From Chitinivibrionales bacterium (GTDB lineage Bacteria > Fibrobacterota > Chitinivibrionia > Chitinivibrionales > WJKA01), in assembly GCA_038247415.1 (NCBI GenBank), contig JBBRUX010000004.1, positions 1 through 64,000 of the forward strand: a stretch of 64,000 bases of DNA, written 5' to 3'. Every line of letters starts with the position of its first letter. The first letter of the stretch is position 1. The notes under the pieces were generated by a model, which ran no database searches, was not told where the DNA came from, and saw only the letters and a program-made list of their open reading frames with translations. This document shows, one piece after another, positions 18,149-28,800 of this stretch. The position numbers and the translations under genes were made by a program.

Positions 18149-20710
18149 ATGTCCTTGCGCGTCAAAACAATTCTTACCGTTATAATTGTGGCAATCATCT
18201 CCACCGGTGCGCTTCTAATATCTTCACAAATGATAATTGAAAAAAGCTTTATTCTGCTAGAAGACGAAACAGCACAACAAACAATGAAACTTGCCTTTAC
18301 CCATATTGATGAAATTCGATTACGCTTGGTTTCGATTAACAAAGACTGGGCCACCTGGGACGATTCATACAATTTTTTGAAACATCCTACAACTAAATTT
18401 ATCGAACAGAACCTGCAGCCATCGGCCCTTGTTACTATTCAGGTTAACTTTTTAATATTTTGCGATACTGCCGGCACGATACAGTTTTTCCGTTTTGTAG
18501 ACCTCGCCACCCAAGATACTGCACCATTTCCACAATCGCTTCGGTCACTTATTGACAAAAGCAAGTTTCTTTCATACAGAAAAACGCAAGCAAGCGGAAT
18601 TTTAGCAACAGAGTCGGTGTGCGCAATGATATCAACTTGCCCTGTGCTTAAAAGCAATCAAACCGGCCCCGCAGCGGGAGTGCTTATTGCGGGACTAATT
18701 CTTGACACATCTATATCGAACCAAGTTTCACTTGCAACAAACTTGCCCGTGACCATTAATAGTATTAATCAACAACGAAGGAGCGCCAAAAGCGATAGTT
18801 GCACCATACGCGCTAAACATCGCAACACGTTAGAAATCTCGGGTATTATTCATTCTCTTGCAGGTACAAAAGCTATCCAACTAATAATTAAAAGCCCCCG
18901 AGATATAGTTGCGCGTGGCAGGATGGCACTTTCGAGCACTTTTTATCTATTACTCATCGTATCTATCATTTTTGTGATACTTATTATTGTAATTCTCGAA
19001 AAAAACGTTTTACGCACACTGCAAACCATGAGTGGGAGACTGCGGGATTTGACACAGCGGTCAGATGCTTCACTGAGACTCCCACACATTGGCAAAAACG
19101 AATTTGGTAAATTGACATCAAATATTAATGGATTGCTCGAATCACTTCAGAATTCGAACATTCTGCTCTTGCACAGTCAATCGCAATATCGCGATCTTTT
19201 TAATGAAATGACAACGGGTTTTGCGCTTTTTCAGAGTATCCATACTGTGCAAACAAAAACATCCGACCTTATTTTTATAGAAGTTAATCCTGCATTCGAA
19301 CGCATAACAAATCTCAATAATGTTGAAATTAAAGGCACATCGCTGAGAGAAACACTACCAAACCTCGAACCCCGGTGGCACGAAAAAATCTCACATACTG
19401 CCTTTCACGAAACATCCTCTCAATTTGAAGGTTACATTGCTGCTCTTGACAAGCACTTCGAAATACGCATTTTTAGCCCGTCGAAAGGTATTGCAGCGCT
19501 CCTTTTTTCGGATATTTCTGCACGAAAAAATGCAGAACTCGAAAAAGAACGTATCCAAATTCAATTTCTTCATGCTCAAAAGATGGAGGCGGTTGGAACC
19601 ATGGCAGGGGGAATTGCTCATGATTTTAATAATCTTCTCTGCGCTATTCAAGGCTATGCAGATTTACTACTGCGCGAAGACCAGATCTCTCCCTTTATGA
19701 AAAAAGGGCTCACAACCATAAATGACGCATCCACTAAAGGAGCAAAACTTGTCAAACAGCTGCTCACTTTTGGGCGCAAAGCTGCAACAAATCCTGAGCT
19801 TTTAAATCTCAATGCCATTATTCAACAAATTATTGAACTCTTTGAGCGATCTATACCTGCCTCCATATCTATCAATCTTATTCTTGACAATACACTTAAT
19901 ACAATAAGGGCAGATGCAAGCCAGATTGAGCAAATTTTTATGAATCTGGCGCTTAATTCACGCGATGCGATGCCAGACGGAGGAACACTTACTATTACCA
20001 CATCAAATTGCATTCTCGGCACTTCGTTTGTTAGTACCCATCCAGGTGCGCGGGGTGGCGCATATGTTGTAATATCCGTTTCCGATACCGGCGGTGGAAT
20101 TACCGCAGAGGCAATACGCCATATTTTCGAGCCGTTCTTTACAACAAAGCAAACAGGAAAAGGGACTGGACTTGGCCTGTCAACTGCTTACGGCATTGTA
20201 AAAAATCATAATGGCTACATAGATTGCCAAAGCACGCAACAAACGGGAACAACATTCACCGTCTATTTACCATCGCTGCCAGAGGAGCCAAATCCAGGTG
20301 CACACGGGATTATGCCTAAACTAGCAACAGTTGAACACGACACCATTCTTATTATTGATGATGAAAAAATTGTGCGTGAAAACACGTCGTCTCTCCTTGT
20401 TAAGCATGGCTATAAGGTGCTTACCGTAGATGATGGAACAAGCGGAGTAGCGGCTTACCGGGCTAATCCGCAATCGATTAGTCTTGTAATTCTGGATATG
20501 ATCATGCCCACCATGGGTGGACGTGAGTGTGCAGAACAATTGATATCGATTAATCCGGATGTTAAAATTATTATTGCAAGCGGATATGCTCAGAGTTTGG
20601 AACTGCAAAAAATTCTCAAGAGCAAAAACAGGGCTTTTATCGGGAAGCCCTATACTACACTGCATTTTTTGCAAGCTGTGAGCGCCATGCTTCAATCGGA
20701 GGCCATATAA
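18149..20710 (+). CDS. Membrane hybrid histidine kinase (CHASE4, HAMP, PAS, HisKA, HATPase, REC)
   Basis: Two TMs, CHASE4 motif DWATWDDSYNF, NEFGKL HAMP, EVNPAFERIT PAS, AHDFNNLL and a REC domain. Confidence 0.93.
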   Translation: MSLRVKTILTVIIVAIISTGALLISSQMIIEKSFILLEDETAQQTMKLAFTHIDEIRLRLVSINKDWATWDDSYNFLKHPTTKFIEQNLQPSALVTIQVNFLIFCDTAGTIQFFRFVDLATQDTAPFPQSLRSLIDKSKFLSYRKTQASGILATESVCAMISTCPVLKSNQTGPAAGVLIAGLILDTSISNQVSLATNLPVTINSINQQRRSAKSDSCTIRAKHRNTLEISGIIHSLAGTKAIQLIIKSPRDIVARGRMALSSTFYLLLIVSIIFVILIIVILEKNVLRTLQTMSGRLRDLTQRSDASLRLPHIGKNEFGKLTSNINGLLESLQNSNILLLHSQSQYRDLFNEMTTGFALFQSIHTVQTKTSDLIFIEVNPAFERITNLNNVEIKGTSLRETLPNLEPRWHEKISHTAFHETSSQFEGYIAALDKHFEIRIFSPSKGIAALLFSDISARKNAELEKERIQIQFLHAQKMEAVGTMAGGIAHDFNNLLCAIQGYADLLLREDQISPFMKKGLTTINDASTKGAKLVKQLLTFGRKAATNPELLNLNAIIQQIIELFERSIPASISINLILDNTLNTIRADASQIEQIFMNLALNSRDAMPDGGTLTITTSNCILGTSFVSTHPGARGGAYVVISVSDTGGGITAEAIRHIFEPFFTTKQTGKGTGLGLSTAYGIVKNHNGYIDCQSTQQTGTTFTVYLPSLPEEPNPGAHGIMPKLATVEHDTILIIDDEKIVRENTSSLLVKHGYKVLTVDDGTSGVAAYRANPQSISLVILDMIMPTMGGRECAEQLISINPDVKIIIASGYAQSLELQKILKSKNRAFIGKPYTTLHFLQAVSAMLQSEAI

Positions 20711-20711
20711 T

Positions 20712-21635
20712 ATGTCAATCAATACAGCACGAATACTGATTGTTGATGATGAACCCGAAGTCCTCGATATGATTGCCACATTTCTCGAATTTAAGAAAGG
20801 TTACACGGTATTTACTGCAACAAATGGCGCAATGGCTTTAGAATTTCTCGAAAAGCAAGACGTTGACCTTGTGATATCTGATATCAATATGCCAGTCATG
20901 AAAGGATTCACGCTTCTTTCCAAGATAAAGGCAAAATATCCTTCAATACGCCGCATTCTCATGACTGCCTATAATGTTGAAGAATATTTTGAGCTTGCTC
21001 TTAACTATGATGTTGGAACGATATTCCTTAAATCGATACCCTTTCCTTTCGAGGAATTATCTCATTCTATTACCTCGATTCTCAGCGCTGACTTTTTTGG
21101 GGCAGAACGCTTTTTTGTCAATCCACAGAGCGCAGAATTTTTTATCCACACTGCCGAACAAATAGATCCAACTATAAATCTTCTTATTAAATCAATTCCA
21201 TTTGGAACGCTCAATGCGCGACTGATTCTTGTCCTTAATGAGTTAGTTGCAAATGCAATCTTTTATGGTGCACTGGATAATGATCCAACTCAAAAGATGG
21301 ATTGGCAATTCGACTTTGTCCTCCCAACAGAAAAAGCAATTCGATTACAACTCTTGTGGGACGAAACATCCTATGCTATAACAATTACCGATAGGGGCGG
21401 GAAACTTACCAAGCGGGATGTGTTATACTGGCTTTCCCGTCAGACAATACGCGATGATAAAGGAAACCCTATAGGAATTGGCGAGACCCATGGAAGAGGG
21501 CTCTTCCTTGCCAGGAGGTTCATTGACAGACTCATTATCAATATTCATCCACAACAAAAAACCGAAATAATCATCCTCATGAAACAGGGCACAAGCCCAC
21601 AAGACAATAAGCCCCTTTTTATAAACGAGCTCTAG
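20712..21635 (+). CDS. Response regulator with a C-terminal anti-sigma-like HATPase_c domain
   Basis: REC (VDDE, SDINMP) followed by NELVANAIFYG, ITDRGG and HGRGLFL; no HisKA domain. Confidence 0.85.
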   Translation: MSINTARILIVDDEPEVLDMIATFLEFKKGYTVFTATNGAMALEFLEKQDVDLVISDINMPVMKGFTLLSKIKAKYPSIRRILMTAYNVEEYFELALNYDVGTIFLKSIPFPFEELSHSITSILSADFFGAERFFVNPQSAEFFIHTAEQIDPTINLLIKSIPFGTLNARLILVLNELVANAIFYGALDNDPTQKMDWQFDFVLPTEKAIRLQLLWDETSYAITITDRGGKLTKRDVLYWLSRQTIRDDKGNPIGIGETHGRGLFLARRFIDRLIINIHPQQKTEIIILMKQGTSPQDNKPLFINEL

Positions 21636-21636
21636 G

Positions 21637-22599
21637 TCAAATCTTTACGCTTGCCAAACGATGAAGTATCCATGGGGTAAAATATGAAACTATTTTATTT
21701 GCTCCCGCTCTTTTTATACCCAAAAGGGTTTCTTCGATGACCGATTCTGCAAGCACCCCCGTCGAGACAGCCCACGTTAGCATAGCATACTCTCCAGACA
21801 CATTATACCCAATCACAGGAACCCTAACCCGTTGGGAGGCAATACTGATAATGTCGAGATATGCAAGCGCTGGCTTGACTATAACAGACGTTGCTCCTTG
21901 CGCAATATCAGCTTCTATTTCAGCCAGAGCTTCTATGCCATTAGCAGGATCCATCTGGTATGTTTTTCGATCCCCTGTTTGCGGTGCACAATCGGCGGCA
22001 TCCCGAAATGGGCCATAGTACGCCGAGGCAAATTTAGCAGCATACGACATAATAGGAATATGTGAATATCCAGAAGCATGAAGTGCATTTTTAATATACA
22101 ATACTCTGCCATCCATCATGTCGGACGGAGCAACAACATCTGCACCCGCCAAAGCATGACTCACGGCAATTTTTGCAAGCACTTCACAGGTTGCATCATT
22201 TTCTCCAACATGACAATGTCCATCGAGTGAATAGGAACACAGACACACATCGGTAATAACTATGAGCGTTGGAAAAGCGGCTTTAATGTGCGGGAGAGCC
22301 TGTGCAATAATACTCGAATTACTCCACGCTTGTTCGATTCCTTTTGAATGCGGAATCCCAAAAAGCAACACCGACATAAGACCTTTACTAACTAGATCTT
22401 TCAATTCAGGCAGCACTATATCTATGGATACCCTACATACACCCGGCATACTAGGTATAGCTACCTTTTGACCCTGCCCCTCAATCAAGAACACTGGCCA
22501 AATAAAATCAGATGCTGTAAGTACCGTTTCTCGGTGCTTGCTCCGGGTTGCTTCATCAACTCGCCGGTCTCGAAACCGGGCAAATAACTCATGCATCAT
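21637..22599 (-). CDS. hemB: Porphobilinogen synthase (ALA dehydratase), Zn type
   Basis: DVCLCSYSLDGHC, APSDMMDGRV, YAAKFASAYYGPFRDA, VKPALAYLD and YNVSGEY. Confidence 0.97.
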   Translation of the reverse strand: MMHELFARFRDRRVDEATRSKHRETVLTASDFIWPVFLIEGQGQKVAIPSMPGVCRVSIDIVLPELKDLVSKGLMSVLLFGIPHSKGIEQAWSNSSIIAQALPHIKAAFPTLIVITDVCLCSYSLDGHCHVGENDATCEVLAKIAVSHALAGADVVAPSDMMDGRVLYIKNALHASGYSHIPIMSYAAKFASAYYGPFRDAADCAPQTGDRKTYQMDPANGIEALAEIEADIAQGATSVIVKPALAYLDIISIASQRVRVPVIGYNVSGEYAMLTWAVSTGVLAESVIEETLLGIKRAGANKIVSYFTPWILHRLASVKI

Positions 22600-24565
22600 G
22601 CGCTCCTAAAGATATGTCATCCCCTACAGAAACGTGCCTATATGTTGACGCGTAGATAATTCTATTTGGATTCACCGTATGTTCAAGAAGTCGAGCATGC
22701 GTTGCTGGACCCATCGCATACACAAGCAGATGTGATGCCACGGATCCTTGCCAATTAATAAACGAATCCACGGTAGAAGGGGATGAAAAAAAGACAGATG
22801 AAAAACTAGTCATTTCGATTTTAGTTGGGCACTGAAGCTTTGTTGCATAAGCTCGTACCGTTACCACATTTTTTAATGTACTAATGCAATTATCCGATTT
22901 ATTTGAGCAAGGATACGCAACAGCCCATTCTGGATGCGATAGAATAAGTTCTGCACAGGATTGCGATGTGGGCTCTTGGGCACAATAGTCTGCAGTGTAC
23001 CCGTGTTCTGCAAGGGACGTGCCTGTTTGCGATCCAATAACAACAATCTTTTTTCCTGCACATGAATAGCGACTACAAAAATATCTGATAGCTTCTTTAC
23101 TCGTGAATAAAAGGGTAGTGCAATCCGAAAAATCAGAAACATTACACGGAAGCGAATGTGTTGCTATAAGAGGAATATGAATAATTTTTGCAAAAACTGT
23201 GCATGCAGTAGGATCTAATCCTGTATACAGGAGTCGGTCCATTGTCTGATAATGCTTTCCTACGTTACCCGCAATAATAAGTGCTGGTGAAGCAATGGAA
23301 CATTTGTCCAGTGCCCCTACCGTTGTTGACACATGACGTTCCTCTGGCAAACCTCCAGATTCAACAATAATAACGGGTTCAACAGGGGCATGCCCTTCCC
23401 CCATTAAATGCTCTTTAACAGAAGCGAGTTTGGTAGCACCCATATAATACACACAGGTATCGGTTCCAAGATGTGGAATAGTAGTGGTTGTACTATAATG
23501 AGCCGAGACAATCCCAAGGGATGCAGATATATTTCGTTGCGTTAAGGGAATTGCGGCCGAAGCAGCGCAGGTTTGAAAAGCCGATATCCCAGGAACTACT
23601 TCAACAACACAGTGGCGCATTCGCAAATAATCGAGTTCTTCGCCACCTCTGGAAAATAACAGAGGGTCTCCTCCTTTAAGCCGTACCGTTTTTTTACCGT
23701 TAAGTACTTCACGATACATCATTTCAGATATGCTATCTTGCACAGTAGAAGCTTTATCTTTTCGTTTACCTACATACACTTTGGAAGCAGCGTATCGATC
23801 TAAAAGGTCTTGTGTTAGTAAATCATCATAGAAAATGACATCTGCGTGAGCAAGGACACGATCTGCCTTAATAGTGAGCATTTCATAGGTACCGCACCCG
23901 CCCCCAACAAGCCATGCCATCCCGTAGTGAACTCGTGTATCGAGTGAGGAAAATAGCGCTTTTAGATCTGGTCTATCTGCTTTTGCCAAAATAGCAAGCA
24001 TACCTTGAAGTGGATGCGCAGCATACGGGAGAACCTCCGTAATCCGGGTCGCAAGCCCCAAACGTTTAAGGGCACATGTAGCAACCACAATTGCATCAAA
24101 ATCACCTCTGTCAACTTGAGCGAGCCTATCCTCTATGGTTCCCCGAATGCTTTTAAACGTAAGATCTGAACGAACTGCCGCAATTTCTGCCATGCGCGTT
24201 TTCGAACTTGTTCCAACACACGCTTTGGTAGGGAGCTCTGAAAGTTTTAATCCTTTAGGCGACACAAGAGAATCGGTAGCATCCAATGCCGTAGTGAGCG
24301 CAACAAGTGCTAAACCATCGTGCAGCGGAAAGGGAAGATCTTTTGCACTATGTATGGCGATATCTGCTCTATCTTCTAGCACAGCGGTATCGAGCGTATC
24401 AGTAAAGAAATCTGGTTTTTGTTCTTCGAGTAACGAAAGATCCTTATTAAGGTCGCCAAAAGAAGAGAGCGGAAGAATCTCGTACGCACTAGTACCAAGC
24501 TGAGTAATCACCTCTTGTACTTGCACCAGAGCAAGCGGTGAATTACGCGTGGCAATGCGTAGCAT
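22589..24565 (-). CDS. hemC: Fusion of a truncated hydroxymethylbilane synthase (HemC domains 1-2), uroporphyrinogen-III methyltransferase (CobA) and uroporphyrinogen-III synthase (HemD)
   Basis: IATRNSPLALVQ, HSAKD, GTSS and IRG (HemC); VRLKGGDP, RGGEE and VPGIS (CobA); LFTSKEAI, FSSPSTV and MGPAT (HemD). Confidence 0.9.
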   Translation of the reverse strand: MLRIATRNSPLALVQVQEVITQLGTSAYEILPLSSFGDLNKDLSLLEEQKPDFFTDTLDTAVLEDRADIAIHSAKDLPFPLHDGLALVALTTALDATDSLVSPKGLKLSELPTKACVGTSSKTRMAEIAAVRSDLTFKSIRGTIEDRLAQVDRGDFDAIVVATCALKRLGLATRITEVLPYAAHPLQGMLAILAKADRPDLKALFSSLDTRVHYGMAWLVGGGCGTYEMLTIKADRVLAHADVIFYDDLLTQDLLDRYAASKVYVGKRKDKASTVQDSISEMMYREVLNGKKTVRLKGGDPLLFSRGGEELDYLRMRHCVVEVVPGISAFQTCAASAAIPLTQRNISASLGIVSAHYSTTTTIPHLGTDTCVYYMGATKLASVKEHLMGEGHAPVEPVIIVESGGLPEERHVSTTVGALDKCSIASPALIIAGNVGKHYQTMDRLLYTGLDPTACTVFAKIIHIPLIATHSLPCNVSDFSDCTTLLFTSKEAIRYFCSRYSCAGKKIVVIGSQTGTSLAEHGYTADYCAQEPTSQSCAELILSHPEWAVAYPCSNKSDNCISTLKNVVTVRAYATKLQCPTKIEMTSFSSVFFSSPSTVDSFINWQGSVASHLLVYAMGPATHARLLEHTVNPNRIIYASTYRHVSVGDDISLGAHDA

Positions 24566-25463
24566 ACCTATTTCCCCGTATCATTGAAGCGCGATACGCA
24601 TTTATTTCTTCATCAATAAGTTCTTCTGCTCGTAACACCTCAAAACATCTGCATGCGAGATTCTGATTCATGCACTTTTCTACCTCATCGAGATCGTATA
24701 CATAATGAGGATACTCGGAAGCATTTTGAGTGTTGATGGTGCGGGGTACCGAAAGATCGATGCCGATACACCTCTGGACAGGGAAATCCCCCAGTGTAAA
24801 TAGAGCGGTTTCGAGCTTGAGCGCAGATACCACAACCTTTGACATTGCAAGAAATGAAAAAACATGCTCAAAGTCAACCACTGTGCACCCTGTAGTGTGT
24901 GCGATTTCATGGGCCTTAGATTCGGTTCGATTTGCAATAAAAACCGAGGTGTATCCACGTTTTTGTAAACCATCGCAAACATTACGCGTAATTGTATTCG
25001 CACCAAGAACAAGAATGATAGAATCCAAGGAAATAGCTTCTTTGCATGTTATAATATTGAGCGTTGCCGATGCATGGCTTACAGCCCCACGAGCAATTGC
25101 AGTTTGTGTCCGCACTCTTTTGCCAACACGTATTGCGTGCAGAAAAAGTTTATGCATTCCCCTATCAAGTTTACCCATTTCGCAAGCTTGTAAATATGCT
25201 CGTTTAATTTGACCAAGGATATGCCCTTCGCCAACCATTGCCGATTCGAGCCCCGCTGCTACCCGAAACAAATGAAGTACCGTTTCGCTTGTGGCAATTC
25301 CAACGCCCGTATAAAGTTCCACTCGATTGCATGTTTGAACATACACACTTCCTGGTGTGCGCAGGGGCAAAAGCTGCTGGATGCGCTCCTCCCGCATTGC
25401 CACAGAAACCGAAATGTCACTACCGAGAAAGGAGATCATTTTGTATAAATTCTGAAATAGCAT
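24543..25463 (-). CDS. hemA: Glutamyl-tRNA reductase, short form
   Basis: TCNRVELY, HLFRVAAGLESAMVGEGHILGQIK, IANRT and IDLSVPR. Confidence 0.92.
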   Translation of the reverse strand: MLFQNLYKMISFLGSDISVSVAMREERIQQLLPLRTPGSVYVQTCNRVELYTGVGIATSETVLHLFRVAAGLESAMVGEGHILGQIKRAYLQACEMGKLDRGMHKLFLHAIRVGKRVRTQTAIARGAVSHASATLNIITCKEAISLDSIILVLGANTITRNVCDGLQKRGYTSVFIANRTESKAHEIAHTTGCTVVDFEHVFSFLAMSKVVVSALKLETALFTLGDFPVQRCIGIDLSVPRTINTQNASEYPHYVYDLDEVEKCMNQNLACRCFEVLRAEELIDEEINAYRASMIRGNRYATHCHA

Positions 25464-25878
25464 TACGCCAGTGAACCGATTGCGATGGTTTGCATCCGTT
25501 TGACGTAACGGCTACTGCCATATCACCATGCAAAGAAAGAGCAGGAGAAATAAAATCACACGCTGCCGGATCATCTGCTACATTGACCAATGCACCTGCT
25601 GCACGCGCATCCTCACCAATGTGCCTGTTAAGTTCGCGGTCGTTGGTACACGCATACACCAAACGGGCTCCAACGAGAAACGTTGTAGTGTAGCTGCACT
25701 CATGCCACCTAACAGGCAATTCTTTAATGGGCGAACAAACCTGCGTTGCAAATACTTCTATCTCATTAGCAAACGTAACAAGATTGGTAAGTTTTTGCAA
25801 TGCAACAGCTCCCCCGCCTATAAATACAATCTTGCATCCCCTTACATTTATTGCAATTGGAAGAAACGATTGGTTCAT
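25420..25878 (-). CDS. sirC: Precorrin-2 dehydrogenase/sirohydrochlorin ferrochelatase (SirC/Met8/CysG N-terminal type)
   Basis: FLPIAINV...IGGGAVALQK and VNVADDPAACDFISPA; the ATG at 25878 overlaps the stop of the upstream reductase. Confidence 0.88.
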   Translation of the reverse strand: MNQSFLPIAINVRGCKIVFIGGGAVALQKLTNLVTFANEIEVFATQVCSPIKELPVRWHECSYTTTFLVGARLVYACTNDRELNRHIGEDARAAGALVNVADDPAACDFISPALSLHGDMAVAVTSNGCKPSQSVHWRNAISEFIQNDLLSR

Positions 25879-28800
25879 GAGCGCCCCGCTCCAGAAAACA
25901 TCGTTGAAAGCGAAACTTTTTTCATGGTTATGGCATTGGTAGGACATACCCGCAAACATTTACCACATCGTATACACTGATCACTATTAATCTTGATATA
26001 GGTACCAGCTTCATCCGTTAAAGCTTCGTGCGCACTCACGATATATCCGTCGGCGTCTTTAGAAACTGCCGAAACGCGAGATATACATTTACGAGGAGCA
26101 GCATCAATGCACCAATTGCAATGAATGCATAAGTCCTGATCTATTTCAAATGAATAATGACAAAAATAGCAGCGCGATGCATTATCCACAGACTCTTTAT
26201 CAGTAAACCCAAGATCAACCTCGGTAGTGGGAAGCTCTGCTCGTATTTCAAGAGGAGAAACAGCCATGGATTGTTGTCCGAGCACATCATGATCACGCAC
26301 ACGGCCTGTATTACTATCGGGCATGGCTTCTACCGAAACAACAGCATGCATAGCCATAGTCCCCATAAGCGATTCGTCGACTCGGTACGCGCATACTTTA
26401 CCTTGTGCAACTGCTCTAATAACGTTGCCCGACCCGTACATAAAATCGCCGGTAACAAAAATTTTAGGATCTGAGGTTCTAAAAGAAGCAGTAGCCACGC
26501 ATTCTGGTGGCAAAATCGGCTCTTGAGTTTGACCAATAGCCACAATGCAATAATCAGCCTTAATAACAAATTCACTACCTGCAATTTCTTGCAGTTTCCC
26601 TTTGGTGCCAAGAGGGCCACTCGTTAGTACCGACCTCCGAAATTCTACACCAGTCAATTTTCCATTCGTAATTAGTGGGGCAACCGGAGCTGCAAAACTA
26701 TGAATATTTATATTTTCCTTTGTCATTTCTTCAAATTCTTCGGAGGTTGCAGACATATGCGCTTCACCGCGCCTATACACAATAGTAATATGCCCCTTTT
26801 CCCCCATAATTCGCCGTGCTGCACGCGCACACGATCGTGCACAATCAACTGCAGTAAAGCCACCCCCTATAATTACAACATCTCCTTGAAGAGAAGTTAT
26901 TTCTTGTGTGTTATACCCTCTCATGAAAGCTAACCCATTAATAACAATATCGGCAGAAATCCCCTTAAAATCAAGTTCCACAGGTATAGCAGTCCCCGTG
27001 GCAACAATTATTGAATCGTGTTCTTTTTTGAGTTCGAGAAGTCGCGTTTGCGTAATATTTTCTTTGGTAAGAAGCTTAATGCCATGACGGATAATAAAAT
27101 CTGTCTCGCGCGCAACAATCTCACGGGGTAAACGAAAATCGGGGATGCCATACCACATCATCCCACCAGCAACTTCTTCGCGTTCATACAGTGTTACTGA
27201 GTGTCCCAAACGAAAAAGCTCGCGTGCAGAAGCGAGGCCCGCTGGCCCTGCACCAATAATTCCAATCGACTTACCCGTAGCAGCGCGAAAAGGTTTGTAG
27301 AGCGGTGGTTTAGGCGCCCGGTCCGCAGCAGAGCGTTTGAGATGACAAATAGAAACAGGCCCCAAAATATTGGTCCATTGATGACGGCACTTGTTTTCGC
27401 ACGGACGGGTGCATACCCTGCCAAGAACACCAGGGAACACATTGCATTCGAGATTGATAGCATGCGCAGAAACAAAATCGCCCTGCATGATTTTTTCGAT
27501 GTATCCTGGGATATCTGTTTTTGCCGGACAGCCCTCTTGACAAGGGATATCACGCGCTATCGATTTTTTTTTTACTGCATCCAAAAGCGATGGTACCACA
27601 GGCTGAGGATATTCAGACAAGGCTTGTGCCTGGGCATATGTTCCTACATGTTTAATTGCAGCCTTAAACGGATCCAGTCCACAGCGAGCAACTGTTGCAA
27701 CGAGAGTTTCCTTGGGTAATCTTTGCGAAACAAACAGATCCAGTAGAATCCTTGTAATCGAAATACAGTCGGCCACGGTATAGGTTCCAAGTTCTCTACC
27801 AAAAGACCATTGCGTCCCACCAAGGGTAATCAAATAACCTTCCACCGAACCATTTTCTAGTCGTATGCGAGCTCCCCGAAAACCGATATCGGCAATGCGA
27901 TAGGGCGAACAAGAATTAGGACACCCGGTAATATTAATAATTGCGTAATCTCTAACAGAAGCATAGGCAGCATCGTGAACAACAGGCCCTAAAAGATCGA
28001 AAAAGGTGCGTGTAGAAGCAACCGCCTTCGGACAATACGTAGTACCCACGCATGCAACCATATCGGTTAAGCCATAGGCCCCATCTGTTGCCAATCCAAG
28101 ACTAGAAACCGCATTACGCGCTTGCGTTACGTTACCAGGAAGGATTCCGTGCACCTCTAAATTCTGGCGATTTGTTGTATATAATGTATGATCTGCATAC
28201 CTGTCTGCAATATCTGCAAGGCCTCCCAATTGTTCTGAGGTAAGCTCTCCCTTGGGAATCAACACCTTGAGAATAGTCTCATTAAGTGTTTGCGTATGAG
28301 AATCAACTAATGGTCGAATATCAATGGAAGTGAGCGGAGCTTGAGCGGGATCAAAATTAATTTCACCTGTATCAACGTGTTCAAGGGTTAGGTTTTTAAG
28401 AACACCTTCACGACACACATCGATGCCTAAACGGTCAACCACAAATTTAAGACGAGAATGGGCACGACTATATCGATCTCCGGTATCACGAAACAAAAGT
28501 GCTATAGCTCGAACAACGGCAATAGCTTTTTCTGCAGGAACAAAGGTAAAAAGACTCGAGGCAACAAATGCCTTCCAGCCCATACCACCCCCAATGAATA
28601 CCTTAAACCCTGGCACAATTTTACCATTAACGGTTTTAGACGTTGCAACCATGCCCACACAATTCATACCAGGTTGCGCACAAGAAATATCGCATCCCGA
28701 CCATACCACCTTAAATTTACGCGGGAGATTATCAAGATCGCGACTATTAGTCAAGAGTTTCATAGCCTCACGTGCATAGGGTCTAACATCAAAGGATTTA

